Part shown: piece after piece, positions 63,918-64,000 of the stretch
Layout: each line of letters starts with the position of its first letter
Position numbering within the stretch: the stretch's first letter is position 1
DNA from: Squalus acanthias
Lineage: Eukaryota
Assembly: GCA_030390025.1 (NCBI GenBank)
Contig: CM059432.1
Coordinates: forward strand, 78,866,001-78,930,000
DNA length: 64,000 bases
Direction: 5' to 3'
Made by a program: the position numbers and the translations under genes
Notes under the pieces: generated by a model
Seen by the model: the letters and a program-made list of their open reading frames with translations, nothing else
Told to the model about the DNA's origin: nothing
Database searches by the model: none

Positions 63918-64000
63918 GCAGCCCATTTTACATCTCTTCCGATATTTATTTCCATTGACTTCAATGGAAAAAGAAATTGAGTGAGATGTAAAACGGGCTG
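63918..64000. repeat. Palindromic MITE-like hairpin running to the window edge
   Basis: cagcccattttacatctc..ttccattgacttcaatggaa..gagatgtaaaacgggctg. Confidence 0.65.

Overview
Repeat-dense vertebrate genomic DNA, most likely from a shark or other cartilaginous fish (inferred from the mix of CR1, L2, RTE, Deu-domain SINE and Penelope-derived repeats). One host gene is recognisable: DAD1 on the minus strand. It has two coding exons (28837-29047 and 27173-27303, 113 aa), a probable non-coding third exon near 24360-24492, and a 0.77 kb G-rich tandem array in intron 1. The rest is a nested transposon landscape. There are four near-complete two-gene PIF/Harbinger elements (DDE transposase convergent with a 3-exon Myb/SANT gene that also has an AT-hook), several related MITEs, many CR1, L2 and RTE fragments including an RTE copy with a 5' inversion, and SINEs. 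The most unusual hidden signal is two families of short, often palindromic insertions with 11-15 bp TSDs that carry minimal type-I hammerhead ribozyme motifs (Penelope-like). One copy with an intact core lies in the sense orientation of DAD1 intron 2. No TCR V/J/C segments or RSSs were found, although DAD1 is usually linked to the TCR alpha/delta locus.
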